In this document: piece after piece, positions 1-12,400 of the stretch
Layout: the number at the start of each line of letters is the position of its first letter
Position numbering within the stretch: position 1 is the stretch's first letter
IMG/VR virus record: IMGVR_UViG_3300032046_000001
Span: 186,001 to 250,000 of that record
DNA length: 64,000 bases
Strand: one strand, 5' to 3'
Notes under the pieces: model-generated
The model's input: the letters and a program-made list of their open reading frames with translations, nothing else
Databases searched by the model: none
What the model was told of the DNA's origin: nothing
Position numbers and translations under genes: made by a program

Positions 1-1
1 T

Positions 2-178
2 TTTAAGAAACTTATTCAAAAAGATGGTTGGGACACTGTATCAAAACGAATCATCACTTTAAAAGTTTTCAATAAAAATAAAAATCCAAACTTAAGTTCT
101 CGGATGGATTCATTGCAGGCAAAACTGGCAAAATGGGTTGAAGATAAAAGGAAAAGTGATCCTGGTTTTGGTAAATAA
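2..178 (+). CDS. 3' end of a hypothetical protein (truncated by window edge)
   Basis: Open frame from position 2 (FKKLIQKDGW...PGFGK) to TAA at 176-178. Confidence 0.5.
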   Translation, partial: FKKLIQKDGWDTVSKRIITLKVFNKNKNPNLSSRMDSLQAKLAKWVEDKRKSDPGFGK

Positions 179-240
179 TTTAACGTTGATATTTACGTCA
201 TTATATTAACTGATCCGAATTTTTATATGAGGAAAACAAT

Positions 241-789
241 ATGGCTGATTTATGGAATAAAATTAAGAATGTAGTGGGAATATCTGCACCAGTATTAGGA
301 AATGCGATTGTTCCAGGAATAGGTGGTGCGGCTGGATCTTTAATAGCAAAAGCATTGGGATGTGAACCAAAACCAGAAGCAATAGAGACAGCTATTTCAA
401 AAGATCCTCAAGCAGCATTAAAATTAAAAGAACTTGAAACAAAGCATTCTGAATTTCTTATCAGTGCTGCACATGAGAATGATAAGATGTATTTGACCGA
501 TGTTCAAAGTGCCAGACAACGAGAGATTGAAGTTACCAGATCAACTGGCAAAATAAATTGGCCAATGTACCTGATTGCTCTTGTAATATTTTTGGGATTT
601 TTTATAGTTTTAGGTTTGTTATTTAAAATTCCATTAATTATGGCAAATAAAGATATTATTGTATATACCGTTGGTGGATTACAAACAGCATTCATTACTG
701 TAGTTGCTTACTTCTTTGGATCTTCTAAAGGTTCTTCAGAAAAAAATGATATTTTATCAAAAACCGCAACCAAAGGGGATACAAAATAA
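241..789 (+). CDS. Putative holin (3TM-holin-like membrane protein)
   Basis: N-terminal APVLGNAIVPGIGGAAG, a coiled segment, then two hydrophobic helices ending YFFGSS and a basic tail; architecture typical of phage 3TM holin-like proteins. Confidence 0.6.
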   Translation: MADLWNKIKNVVGISAPVLGNAIVPGIGGAAGSLIAKALGCEPKPEAIETAISKDPQAALKLKELETKHSEFLISAAHENDKMYLTDVQSARQREIEVTRSTGKINWPMYLIALVIFLGFFIVLGLLFKIPLIMANKDIIVYTVGGLQTAFITVVAYFFGSSKGSSEKNDILSKTATKGDTK

Positions 790-1464
790 ATGGATGATAC
801 GCAAAAACAAAATTTTCAAATCGAGATATTTGAACAATACGGAGAACATTGTTTAAAAGACTGTCTTGGTTTAGTTGAAACTTCAGATCGAAAACCCAAG
901 GGTTATGTAGAAATATATGAAATGACTCCTGAAGGTGAAAAGAAATTAGTTGGTAAATCTAATCTTGTACTTTATACAGGACGAGAATTTGTAGCACAAT
1001 CTATTTTTGGTGTTGACAATCCCGCCGTAACATCATCATATAATGATCATATTTTTTGGTTTGGTGTTGGTGATGGTGGTGCTCCGATATTAGATCCATT
1101 GACACCAACTGCACCTACAAATACAGATACAGGTTTGGGAAATGATGTTGTAATAAGTTCTGATAGTACAAATGCTGATTATCGGATAACTCCAGTTGCT
1201 GGTTATTATAAGAAACCAATTTATTCAGTTGAATATCAACAAGATGTTTATAATAACAATTCATATTTAATAGCAAAAGTTACTATGATATTAGATGCTG
1301 GTGATTCAGATGGTTATAATATAAGTGAAGCTGGATTATTTGCCTCACCTTCATCCGCAGGTGGATCTTCTGGACCGTTTACATGTTACGCTAGGGTAAC
1401 TTTTCCATCTATTGTCAAAACTACAGCAAGAATTTTAACTATTATTTGGTATGTATTTTGTTGA
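790..1464 (+). CDS. Putative virion tail/baseplate-associated protein
   Basis: NLVLYTGRE...FGVGDG...ISEAGLF motifs resemble tail-fibre/baseplate attachment domains; lies upstream of sheath. Confidence 0.45.
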   Translation: MDDTQKQNFQIEIFEQYGEHCLKDCLGLVETSDRKPKGYVEIYEMTPEGEKKLVGKSNLVLYTGREFVAQSIFGVDNPAVTSSYNDHIFWFGVGDGGAPILDPLTPTAPTNTDTGLGNDVVISSDSTNADYRITPVAGYYKKPIYSVEYQQDVYNNNSYLIAKVTMILDAGDSDGYNISEAGLFASPSSAGGSSGPFTCYARVTFPSIVKTTARILTIIWYVFC

Positions 1465-1472
1465 AAAAAATT

Positions 1473-2252
1473 ATGAATAGTTTTTATATCTATATTTATT
1501 TAGATCCAAGAAAATCTGGACAATATTGTTATGGTGATTTTTGTTTTTTATTTGAACCAATCTATGTTGGAAAAGGAAAGAATGAAAGATGGAAAGATAT
1601 ATATCACAGAACAAAATATTTTAAAAATATACTAAATAAAATTAAAAATTCTGGGTTAGAACATATTGTTTTTAAATTATATGAAAATTTGAATGAAGGA
1701 CAATCTTTTGAAAAAGAAATTGAATTAATAGAAGAAATTGGAAGAAAAAATATAAAAACTGGATTTCTTGTTAATGAAACTATTGGTGGAGACGGATGTA
1801 GTGGATGTAAACGTAATAAAGAATCTATAAAACTAAGTTCTGAAAAACGAAGAAAAAATTTTCAAGAGATTAAAAATGAATTTGAAAATAGAGAATATAT
1901 TTTATTAACAACAGAAATAGAATATAAAAACGCACACCAAAAATTGAAATATATTTGTTCAAAAGGACATAATGGTTCTATTAGATGGAATGATTTTCAA
2001 CAAGGACAAGGTTGTTATATTTGTAAATATGAATCACATTCTAAAAATCAGAGAAAAAACTTTGATGAGATTAAAAAAGAATTTGAAAATAGAGGTTATA
2101 AATTATTAACGAAAGAAGAAGAATATAAAAATAATAAACAAAAATTAGATTATATTTGTCCAAAAGGCCATAATGGTTTAATAGATTGGAGTCATTTTCA
2201 TCGAGGACAAGGTTGTTCAAATAATATTTGTTTAATAAAAAATAAATTATAA
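1473..2252 (+). CDS. Free-standing GIY-YIG-like homing endonuclease with ICxKGH zinc-ribbon repeats
   Basis: YIYIYLDPRK...YVGKGK..R N-terminus; two KLxYICxKGH...W..F.xGQGC repeats; ATG at 1473 matches paralog starts. Confidence 0.75.
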   Translation: MNSFYIYIYLDPRKSGQYCYGDFCFLFEPIYVGKGKNERWKDIYHRTKYFKNILNKIKNSGLEHIVFKLYENLNEGQSFEKEIELIEEIGRKNIKTGFLVNETIGGDGCSGCKRNKESIKLSSEKRRKNFQEIKNEFENREYILLTTEIEYKNAHQKLKYICSKGHNGSIRWNDFQQGQGCYICKYESHSKNQRKNFDEIKKEFENRGYKLLTKEEEYKNNKQKLDYICPKGHNGLIDWSHFHRGQGCSNNICLIKNKL

Positions 2253-2358
2253 AATTATTTATATATAGAAATAAAATAAAGGATATATATTATTTTATAT
2301 AATTTTTTGATTACTAGATGTAAATTTTAACCCTTTAAAAATTTAAAGGAATATAAAT

Positions 2359-4317
2359 ATGTGTGCAGTTAATATTTCACCGGGCGTGTATACTAAAATT
2401 ATTGACCTGAGTACTTACGTCCAAGCAGTCCCAGGTACTATTGGTTTTATCTGTGCTCTGACCGAGAAAGGTAGAGACAATGAATTAATATTCGTTGGTT
2501 CTCGAAGTGAGTTAATTAGCGAATTTGGGGAACCCAACATTAATACTTATGGTGTTTCTTATGGTCAAGGGCTTTACGAAGCTTATAATTATCTTGGTGA
2601 GTCTGGATCTCTTTATTTTATGAGATGCCTCCCAGATGATGCAGCTTACTCTAATTTAAGACTTGATGCCACATTAGCTTCCACTGACAGTAGTGCGAGT
2701 ATTACTATTAGTTATGTTGATGATATTAATAACAATACAACTGATATTACTACAGCACTAACAGCATCGGGTGACACAAAACGACTCTGTATATTCTATC
2801 CTATTGGTCGTGGACAGTACTATAACGGCCTTGGTATCAGAATTACAGATCACTCTAATCCATTACTGTTCGGTGTATATGTTCTTGATATATATGAAAG
2901 ACAAAGTGATGGAACTGATGTTATCATAGAATCTTTTGATATTTCATTTGATCCTACAGCCAAAGACAATTCTGGTGCATCAATTTATATTGAAGATGTT
3001 TTAAAAACATATTCTTCAGTATTGAGGGCACAAGTTGGTTCTTCTGGTTATGATCTGATTGCAAAAGTATATGATAAAAATATTGGTACTATTAGTGTTG
3101 AATTAACTTCTGGTTCAGCTTCATTAACCGATGATAAACAAGATTTTTCAGATTGGGAAAATGTGACTGAAACTGGGTGGTCAACTTATATTGTTATCGC
3201 TAAAGACGGTAAAGGTAAAACCATCTATGGTTGGGCTGGCGCAGCTACTGGATCTGATGATGATGAAATTAAAGTTTTTAATTACAGAAACATCGATTCT
3301 ACAAATGTCACGGTTATACAAGCATGGTCTGGTGATACAGATACATTCGATGTTGATTCTGAAATTACTTATATTATTAAGAAATCAAATACATCAGTTT
3401 CAACAGCTTTCTTGTCATCTACACCGAAACCTTTGAAAAAGGGGTCAGATGGTGCTATACTTGATGGTACTGGAGATATTGTTACCGCTGAGGCAACTGA
3501 AGTTTTGGCTAATGGTTATGCTGGTACAATATACCCTGATATTTTAGATACTGATAATATTTATTTTACACTTATATTTGATGCTGGTTATCCAACCGAT
3601 GTCAAAGCACAAATTGTAACTTTAGCTCAAACTCGTGCTGACTGTATTGCTATCTGTGATAATGGTGATAATTCATCTTATACTACTTCAATATACGCCA
3701 GACAAAATAGTCATAAATACAATACTTATCTTGCTGCTTTGTATGAAGAATATAACAAGGTATATGATATATTCACTGGAAAAGATGTTTGGTTTTCACC
3801 AATATTTCATATGTCATATTTACTTCCTCGAAATGATGCAGTGTCAGAACTTTGGTATGCTGCTGCTGGTTTCAACAGAGCTTCTATTAGTACAATTAAA
3901 GAACTGAGATTCAATCCTAGATTGGGTCAACGTGATCAAATGTATCTTAATCAGATTAATCCTATTGTTAAATTTACAGCAGGTTATGTTGTTTGGGGTC
4001 AGTTGACTACACAATCCAAAGCTTCAGCTTTACAAGATTTGAATATTGCCAGATTGGTTCTTTATATTAAACGAGCATTGGAGCAATATTGTAGAAACTT
4101 TCTATTCGAGCAAAATGACCAAGTTACTTGGGGTCAAGTAAGTAATGATGTAACTTCTTTTCTTGAGTCAGTAAAAAAGAAACGTGGTCTTTATAGTTAT
4201 ACGGTAGATGTTGGGGCAAGTGATTATGAAAAGAAGACTAAAACATTTCATTGTAACGTCACTCTTGAACCAGTTAGAACTGTAGAGAAAGTCGAACTTA
4301 ATTTTTATATAAAATAA
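2359..4317 (+). CDS. Tail sheath protein (compact paralog)
   Basis: SPGVY N-terminus; C-terminal WYAAAGFNR, QINPI, VWGQLT, LNIARL, FEQND, EKVELNF sheath motifs. Confidence 0.92.
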   Translation: MCAVNISPGVYTKIIDLSTYVQAVPGTIGFICALTEKGRDNELIFVGSRSELISEFGEPNINTYGVSYGQGLYEAYNYLGESGSLYFMRCLPDDAAYSNLRLDATLASTDSSASITISYVDDINNNTTDITTALTASGDTKRLCIFYPIGRGQYYNGLGIRITDHSNPLLFGVYVLDIYERQSDGTDVIIESFDISFDPTAKDNSGASIYIEDVLKTYSSVLRAQVGSSGYDLIAKVYDKNIGTISVELTSGSASLTDDKQDFSDWENVTETGWSTYIVIAKDGKGKTIYGWAGAATGSDDDEIKVFNYRNIDSTNVTVIQAWSGDTDTFDVDSEITYIIKKSNTSVSTAFLSSTPKPLKKGSDGAILDGTGDIVTAEATEVLANGYAGTIYPDILDTDNIYFTLIFDAGYPTDVKAQIVTLAQTRADCIAICDNGDNSSYTTSIYARQNSHKYNTYLAALYEEYNKVYDIFTGKDVWFSPIFHMSYLLPRNDAVSELWYAAAGFNRASISTIKELRFNPRLGQRDQMYLNQINPIVKFTAGYVVWGQLTTQSKASALQDLNIARLVLYIKRALEQYCRNFLFEQNDQVTWGQVSNDVTSFLESVKKKRGLYSYTVDVGASDYEKKTKTFHCNVTLEPVRTVEKVELNFYIK

Positions 4318-4337
4318 ATTTATATTCTTCTTAACAA

Positions 4338-4378
4338 ATAGGAAGTAGAGATAGAAATATCCTACTTCCTATATTTTT
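4338..4378 (+). terminator. Hairpin after sheath 1 (terminator and/or leader of the next endonuclease gene)
   Basis: ATAGGAAGTAG (4338-4348) / CTACTTCCTAT (4362-4372) 11-bp stem followed by a T-rich tract. Confidence 0.6.
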
Positions 4379-4399
4379 TAAAATTTTAAGGAGAATATA

Positions 4400-6430
4400 A
4401 TGTATAAATGTGAAATTTGTGGAAGAGAATTTAAAAATATATCGGCATTGGTTTCTCATATATCAAATCCAAATAAAAGTTGTAAAATATCAATAAAAGA
4501 ATACTATGATAAATATTTAAGAAAGGAAAATGAAGGATATTGTAAAATTTGTGGAAAAGAAACTGGTTTTCATAGTATCGTTAAAGGATATAAATATAAT
4601 ATATGTGGAGAATGTAAAAATATTAATCCAGAATATATAAAAAAACAAGTAAATTCTAGATATAAAACAATTAAAAAATTCAAATCAACTAAATTAGAAA
4701 AAAATTATCACAACTTTAATATTCAATGTAAAATATGTCATAAAAAATTTAAAAATTATAGTGGATTATCAAAACATATATACCAAATTCATAAAATTTC
4801 TATAGAAGATTATTATTTAAAATATATAAATTCAAATAAAAATATTTGTACTGTTTGTGATAAAGAAACCAATTTCGATTGTTTAGAAAGAGGATATTAT
4901 AAATTTCATAGAAATTGTTCCTCTAAAGATTTAGTAATAAGAAAAAAAATAAATAAAAGTTTTAAAGAAAGTTTCAAAAATATTAATCAAGAAAAAAGAA
5001 TTGAAAAATACAAAGAAACTAGAAATAAAAATAATGAAATTAAAATATTAAGAAAAAAATTAATTTTTATTTTAAAAATATTATCTATTAATAAAAGTAA
5101 TAAAAAACAATGTCAAATTTGTGGTGAAATATTCAATACATACAATGGTATAATTTCACATATACGTAAACATAAAATTGATTTAAAAAAATATTATGAT
5201 AAATTTTTTAAATTAGAAAATGAAGGAGTATGTTCAGTATCTGATTTAAAAACTAATTTTTCAAGTTTAGAAAACGGATATTGTCAATATTGTAAAAATT
5301 ATCAACAAAAAGATCTGAAATTAATAAATAATAATAAAATTTTACAATCTGGTAGACTAAGAGAAAAAATATTAAAATACCAAAATAATTTTAATATTGA
5401 ATTTATAAATATAGATAAAATACATAAAAATAATGATATGACAAATATTAAATGTTTGGATTGTGGTCATATATATCAAAATAGATGGTATAATGTAATA
5501 TTGGGATATGGTAAATGTCCAATATGTCATCCAAGAAATCAAAAAATTTCATCATATGAAATAGAAATATATAATTTTATAAGAGAAATAGATAAAGATA
5601 TAAAAATTTTAACTAGTTATTTTGGATTGATTAAAAATAAAAATAATAAAAGTTTAGAACTTGATATTTATATTCCAGAAAAAAATATAGCGATTGAATT
5701 TGATGGTCTATATTGGCATTCCGAAGAACAGGGAAAAGATAAAAATTATCATCTATTAAAAACAGACGAATGTAATAAAAAAGGAATAAGATTAATTCAT
5801 ATATTTGAGGATGAATGGGTTTTGAAACGTAATATATGTGAAAATAAATTAAAACAAATATTAAATTTTAATAAAAATATTAATCGAATTCATGCTCGTA
5901 AATGTGAAATAAAAGAAATTGATTCAAAATTAAAAAATGAATTTCTTAATAAATATCACTTACAAGGTTCAGATTCATCTAATATAAAATTAGGTGCTTT
6001 TTATAATAATGAATTAATATCAGTTATGACTTTTTCACATGGAAATATTTCAAAAGGTTCTAAAAATATTGAAGGAGTGTATGAATTAAATCGTTTTTGT
6101 TCTAATTATAATTATCATATTCCAGGTATAGCAAGTAAATTATTATCATATTTTAAGAAGAATTATGAGTGGAAAGAACTTTATTCTTATGCTGATAAAC
6201 GATGGAGTTTAGGAAATTTGTACTATAAACTTGGTTTTGAACTTGTTAGTGAATCATTACCAGAATATTGGTATGTAAGTAATAATGGAATAAAAAGAAT
6301 TCATAGATTCAATCTTCGTAAACGTCCAAATGAACCTAAAGATATTACAGAAGCAGTATTACGTTCTAAAGAAGGTTATCATAGAATATATGATTGTGGA
6401 CATTTAAAATTTAAGATGATTAAAACATAG
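4400..6430 (+). CDS. Hef-like homing endonuclease with C2H2 zinc-finger repeats and PD-(D/E)XK/Vsr-like domain
   Basis: Repeated CxxC...H...H fingers; ELDIYIPEKNIAIEFDGLYWH, IHIFEDEW, FLNKYHLQG, ELNRFC; free-standing between two sheath genes. Confidence 0.7.
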   Translation: MYKCEICGREFKNISALVSHISNPNKSCKISIKEYYDKYLRKENEGYCKICGKETGFHSIVKGYKYNICGECKNINPEYIKKQVNSRYKTIKKFKSTKLEKNYHNFNIQCKICHKKFKNYSGLSKHIYQIHKISIEDYYLKYINSNKNICTVCDKETNFDCLERGYYKFHRNCSSKDLVIRKKINKSFKESFKNINQEKRIEKYKETRNKNNEIKILRKKLIFILKILSINKSNKKQCQICGEIFNTYNGIISHIRKHKIDLKKYYDKFFKLENEGVCSVSDLKTNFSSLENGYCQYCKNYQQKDLKLINNNKILQSGRLREKILKYQNNFNIEFINIDKIHKNNDMTNIKCLDCGHIYQNRWYNVILGYGKCPICHPRNQKISSYEIEIYNFIREIDKDIKILTSYFGLIKNKNNKSLELDIYIPEKNIAIEFDGLYWHSEEQGKDKNYHLLKTDECNKKGIRLIHIFEDEWVLKRNICENKLKQILNFNKNINRIHARKCEIKEIDSKLKNEFLNKYHLQGSDSSNIKLGAFYNNELISVMTFSHGNISKGSKNIEGVYELNRFCSNYNYHIPGIASKLLSYFKKNYEWKELYSYADKRWSLGNLYYKLGFELVSESLPEYWYVSNNGIKRIHRFNLRKRPNEPKDITEAVLRSKEGYHRIYDCGHLKFKMIKT

Positions 6431-6498
6431 AAAAAATCAATAATTTTACATAAAAATTTTAGATGCTGGATTAACAATTTAACTTAAAAGAGAATAAA

Positions 6499-9400
6499 AT
6501 GGCAAATATATCAGCGGGTGTATATACCAAAATTATTGATCTCTCCACTTTCGTACAAATAGTTCCGAGTACTATTGGTTTTATTTGTGCGTTGACTGAG
6601 AAAGGTGAGGACAATAAACTTAAATTTCTTGGTTCAAGAAGTGAACTGGTTGATGAATTTGGTTCACCAAATATTTCAACATATGGACAACAATATGGGC
6701 AAGGTCCGTATGTTGCTTACAATTATTTAGGCGAGTCTGGTTCTTTATATTTTATGAGATGTCTTCCAGATGATGCTACATACTCCAATTTACGAATATA
6801 TGCGAATTCTGATACAACTACCGCACTTTTTATTGATTATGTTCCAAGTTTGAATTCTACTGCTGATATAACAACCGCAATGCAAGTATTTGGAAATAAT
6901 ACACCACTTGTTATTTTTTATCCGATAGGTAGAGGTACTTATTATAATAATATAGGAATTGAAATTACAGAAGATGAAACACATGCTGATGAGGGTGTTT
7001 ATAATATAGACATATATGAAACTCAATCTGATGGATCATATACTTTAATTGAATCTTTTAAAATATCATTTGATAGTTCCGCAATTAGTACAAATCCAGG
7101 TGAATCAATTTATGTTGAACATGTTTTAGAAACATATTCTAAAGTTCTTAGAGCTAAAGTTGGTAAAGATGGTTTTGATTTAATCGATAAAATATATACA
7201 ACAGAAGTTCATACAATAACTCCAACTGGACAAGATGTTACTGATGTAGATGTTTCTTCATCTGGATCTACTAGTTATATAGATAGTACGAGCATAATAA
7301 ATATAGACTCAACGGAAATAATAATTATTGATTCTACTACTGTTGAACATGTTCAAGTATATGATGGTTCTTCGTGGGCAACTACACCATCTTTAAATCA
7401 AGCAAGAAGAGGTTTGGCTGGTTGTGGTAGTACCGTTGGTGCCTTAAGTGTGGGTGGTGGAACTACGGCTGTAGTGGCTACTACAGAGAAGTGGAATAGC
7501 CATACTTTTGCTGGATTGTGGTTTACAACTTCAGCTTTAAATACTGCGAGATATTATTTAGCCGGATGTGGTACTGTAACTGCGAGTTTAAGTTTTGGTG
7601 GTGGAACTGTTGCCGTTGTAAATACAACTGAAAAATGGAATGGTTCTTCGTGGGCAACTACTGGTAGTTTAACTCAAACTAAAAGTAATGTGTCTGGATG
7701 TGGAACTACAACTGATGCGTTATGTATGGGTGGTGGAACTACGGCTGTAGTAAATACTACAGAGAAGTGGAACGGTTCTACTTGGGCAACCACAAATGCA
7801 CTAAATGTGGCTAAATATCGTTTAGCATCATGCGGAACAACTTCTGATGCTCTTAGTTTTGGTGGAAATACTAATAGTGCTTCTGATTCGGCTAGTACAA
7901 GTATAACAGAAATATGGAATGGTTCAACTTGGTATACAGGATCTAATTTAAATCAAGCTAGATATTATTTAGCTGGATGTGGAACTACATCAGACGCCTT
8001 AGCTTTTGGTGGTTGTTCAACAGCATCGTCTGCGTATGTTAATACTACTGAAAAGTATAGTGGTGCTACACTTGGTTATATTTGGGCAAGTACTTCTAGT
8101 TTAAATATTGTAAAACATCTTGCTGCCGGTTCTGGTAATATGACAGATGCTCTATCTTTTGGTGGATATAGTGGTTCAACTACTAGTATAACTGAAAAAT
8201 GGAATAATGTGGTGTGGAGCACTGTTAATAATTTAAATCAGGCAAGATTTTCTCTTTGTGGATGTGGAACTACAAGTGATTCGTTATCTTTTGGAGGAAG
8301 CACCACAAATGTAGTATTAAAAAATACAGAACGATGGAATGGATCATCGTGGTCAACTACAGCAAACATTAATACTGCACGTCATCTTGCTGCTGGTTGT
8401 GGAATAATTTCTTCTGCTCTCGTACTTGGTGGGAATACTAACGCTGCTGATGGTTCAAGTCAAAATGCATTAACAGAAGTTTGGACTGGATATTCTTGGT
8501 ATACTGCAACCAATTTAAATGAATCTAAATATTATATCGCTGCGTGTGGTACAACTTCTGGTGCTTTATGTTTTGGTGGTTCAACAGCAGAAACAAGTGC
8601 GTATGTAAATACAACTGAAAAATGGTCAACATCAGTATTTGATTATATTTGGACTACAACATCTGTTTTAAATCAAGGTAGATATCAAACATCAGGTTGT
8701 GGTGATTCAAACAATGCATTGGTTTTTGGTGGATATACTGGTGCTGTCATAAACACTACAGAAATATGGTCAGTATCTTCTTGGGCAACTACTACAAATA
8801 TGACACTAGGAAGAAATCATTTATCTGGTTGTGGTAATACAACAGATGCATTAAATTTTGGTGGTGTTAGTTCAACAACACGAGCAACAACTGAAATTTG
8901 GAATGGTTCTTCGTGGGCAACAACATCAAATTTAAATACTGCGAGATTTTCATTGACTGGATGTGGGGTTACATCAGGTGCATTAAGCATTGGTGGAGAA
9001 ACAGGAACAGCACCAGTTAATAATGTTGAAATATGGAATGGTTCTTCATGGGTAACTACAACGGCAATAAGTGTTGCTAAATATGGATTGGCTGGATGTG
9101 GTACAACAACTGACGCTTTAAGTTTTTGCGGTTGGACAGCATCCGTAACAGTTGCAACAACAGAAATATGGAATGGTTCTTCGTGGGCAACTACTACTTC
9201 ATCAACACAACAGAGATATTACTTAGCGGGTTGCGGAACCACTTTAGATGCTTTAAATTTTGGTGGTAGTACTAGTTTTAGTCAAAGACGAACAACAACT
9301 GAAAAATGGAACGGTTCATTATGGGCAACTGTAAATGGTTTAAATGTAGCTAAAGATTACTTGGCTGGATGTGGTGCTACTAATGCAGCATTAAGTTTTG

Positions 9401-12400
9401 GTGGTTCTTCTGGTTCATCACCATATGATATTACAGAAAAATATTTACAATTGGACATTGGATCGTGGGTAACAACATCTGCGTTAAATACCGCTAGAAG
9501 AGGTTTGGCTGGATGTGGAACTACTTCTAATGCCTTAAGTTTTGGTGGATATAGTGGTGCATCAATAAATGTAACCGAAATATGGAATGGATTGCTTTGG
9601 ACAACCGGAAATCCTTTAAATATTCCAAGATATAATTTATCAGGGTGTGGTGCCACTAATGCAGCATTAAGTTTTGGTGGATTTATGGGTTCAACAGTAT
9701 CAACTACAGAAAAATACGCAGAATTCTCAGTCGGGTCGTGGGTAACTACAACAGCGTTAACTTCTACAAAACGTTCTTTGGCTGGATGTGGAACAACTTC
9801 TGACGCTTTATGTTTTGGTGGATATACTGGTTCTGCAACTGGTATTAACGTAACTGAATTATGGAATGGTTCGTTATGGGCTACTACAAATATTTTAAAT
9901 CAAACTAGATATGGTTTGGCTGGTTCTGGTGATTCTCTTAACGCATTATCTTTTGGTGGATATACTGGAGCAGTAATCAATACAACTGAAATATGGACAC
10001 AAACCTATTTTGATTATTGGACATTAACTTCATCATTGAATCAAGCCAGAGAATACTTAGCCTCAAGTGGAGATACATCAGGTGCTTTAGCGTTTGGTGG
10101 TGGAACTACTGCTGTTGTTAATTCAACTGAAAAGTGGAGTGGTTCTTCTTGGGTTACTACCTCGGCTTTAAATACTGCTATAAGAGGTTTGGCTGGATGT
10201 GGAACTGTAACTGATACATTGTCTATTGGTGGTGGGACTACTACGGTTGTTAATACTACTGAAAAATGGAATGGAAGTTCTTGGACAACAACATATGGAT
10301 TAAATCAATCTCGATTTGATTTGGCGGCATGTGGTACTACATCAGACGCCCTATGTTTTGGTGGTGGAACTACTGCTGTTGTAAATACTACTGAAAAATA
10401 TTCTCAAGTTGTATCTAATATATGGGCTACTACAAATAGTATGACCGTTGGAAGAAAGAAACTTGTCGGTATTGGTACTGTTTATGATGCTTTGTCTATG
10501 AGCGGTTCAACTGGAACAAATAAAACAGAAATATGGAATGGTTCTTCTTGGGCAACTACAACTAATTTAAACTATGGTAGATATTTTGCAGCCGGTTCTG
10601 GAATAACTTCTGATGCGCTTATTTTTTCAGGTAATACAACACCGTCAACAGAAAAATGGAATGGTAGTACATGGAGCACTACAAATGATATTAATAATAT
10701 ATTGCTCGCTCCTGCTGGTGTTGGAACTACGAGTGCCACAATATCTTTTGGTGGTGGAACGACAACGGATGGTAGTGGTATTCCTATTACTTTTTCAAAA
10801 CCCGGTCAAATATGGTATGGATCTGGTTGGTATACTGCATCATTATTAAATGTTGGAAGAGCATTACTTGCTATGAGCGGAACAACATCTGATGCTCTCG
10901 CTTTTGGTGGAAATACAGCAGGTGGATATACAGCACCTACCACTGCAACAGAAAAATTTAGTATTGCAACCCAAAATAATATATGGGCAACAACATCTAA
11001 TATGGTTGTAGCTAAACAAGAACCTGAAGAATGTGGTGATGTTAATAGTAGTTTAGTATTTGGTGGATATACTACTGATGTATCTAATAAAACCGAAATA
11101 TGGAATGGTTCATCATGGGCAACTACAACCAATATGGTTGCTACAATACGAAAACATGCAGGTTGTGGTACAACTTCTAATGCTCTTAGTTTCGGTGGTC
11201 AAACTACAAATAAAACAGAAATATGGAATGGTTCTTCTTGGGCAACTACCAGCAATCTAGATCAAAATCGTATTGGTCTTGCTGGATGTGGAACAACATC
11301 TGATACTCTTGGTTTCGGTGGTGGTACTACTGTGGATGGATATGGTACAGTAATCGGATGGATCACTTCTTCAGTAATCTGGAATGGATCAGTTTGGACT
11401 ACAACTGCTGGACTAAATCAACCAAGATCTATGTTAGCTGGTTGTGGTAATACAACAGATGCTCTTTCTTTTGGTGGAACAACGGCTGGAGGATATACTG
11501 GTGAAGTTACGACTACTGAATTATGGAATGGATCATCATGGACTACAACAACTGCTACCACATTTGCAAGATTTTCAAATTCGGGTTCTGGTAATACATC
11601 ATCAGCATTATGTTTTGGTGGTGGTCCGGTATATTCAACACCAACAACTATCGTTGATTATTGGAATGGATCGATATGGGCAACAACATCAGTATTAAAT
11701 ATTGCACGAAATGATGGTGCTGGTAGTGGAACGGGATCAAATGCTCTTAGTTCTGGTGGTTATACTGGCAGTAGTGTAAATACTACGGAAAAATATACAC
11801 AGTTTTCTATTGGAGCATGGGCAACAACAAGTGCTTTAAATTTATCCCGTTATGGTTTGGCTGGTTGTGGAACTACAAATGCATCTCTTGCCTATGGAGG
11901 TTCAACAGGTACTGGTGTTCCAAGATTAAGTACGGAAATATGGAATGGTTCATCATGGGCGACTACAATGGATCAAACTGTAGCACGACAATATCAAGCT
12001 GGTTGTGGAACAACTGCTGCTGCTTTAAGTTTTGGTGGTGAAACATATGCAAGTTCGTCTTATAATACAACAGAAATTTGGCTTCCAGTTTTATATGGCG
12101 CGTGGGCAACTACAAGTGCTTTAAATCAAGCCAAATCTAAATTATCAGGTTGTGGAACTACTACAGACGCTTTAAGTTTTGGTGGTGATTCTAATAGTGG
12201 TAATGTTGTATCTACAACTGAAATATGGAATGGTTCTTCATGGGCTACTACATCAGCTTTAAATGTCGCTAGACAATATTTAGCAGGTTGTGGGACAACA
12301 TCCGACGCTCTAAGTTTTGGTGGTGGAACTACTGCTCAAGTAAATACTACTGAAAAATGGTATGCTACATATCATACTAACACAATAGTTCATCATATAG

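Noticed and set aside
7375-12360. Recurring DNA string GAAATATGGAATGGTTCTTC at ~140-nt spacing, as a possible CRISPR array
   Set aside because: It lies inside one open frame, varies at synonymous positions and encodes EIWNGSS; no cas genes are present.
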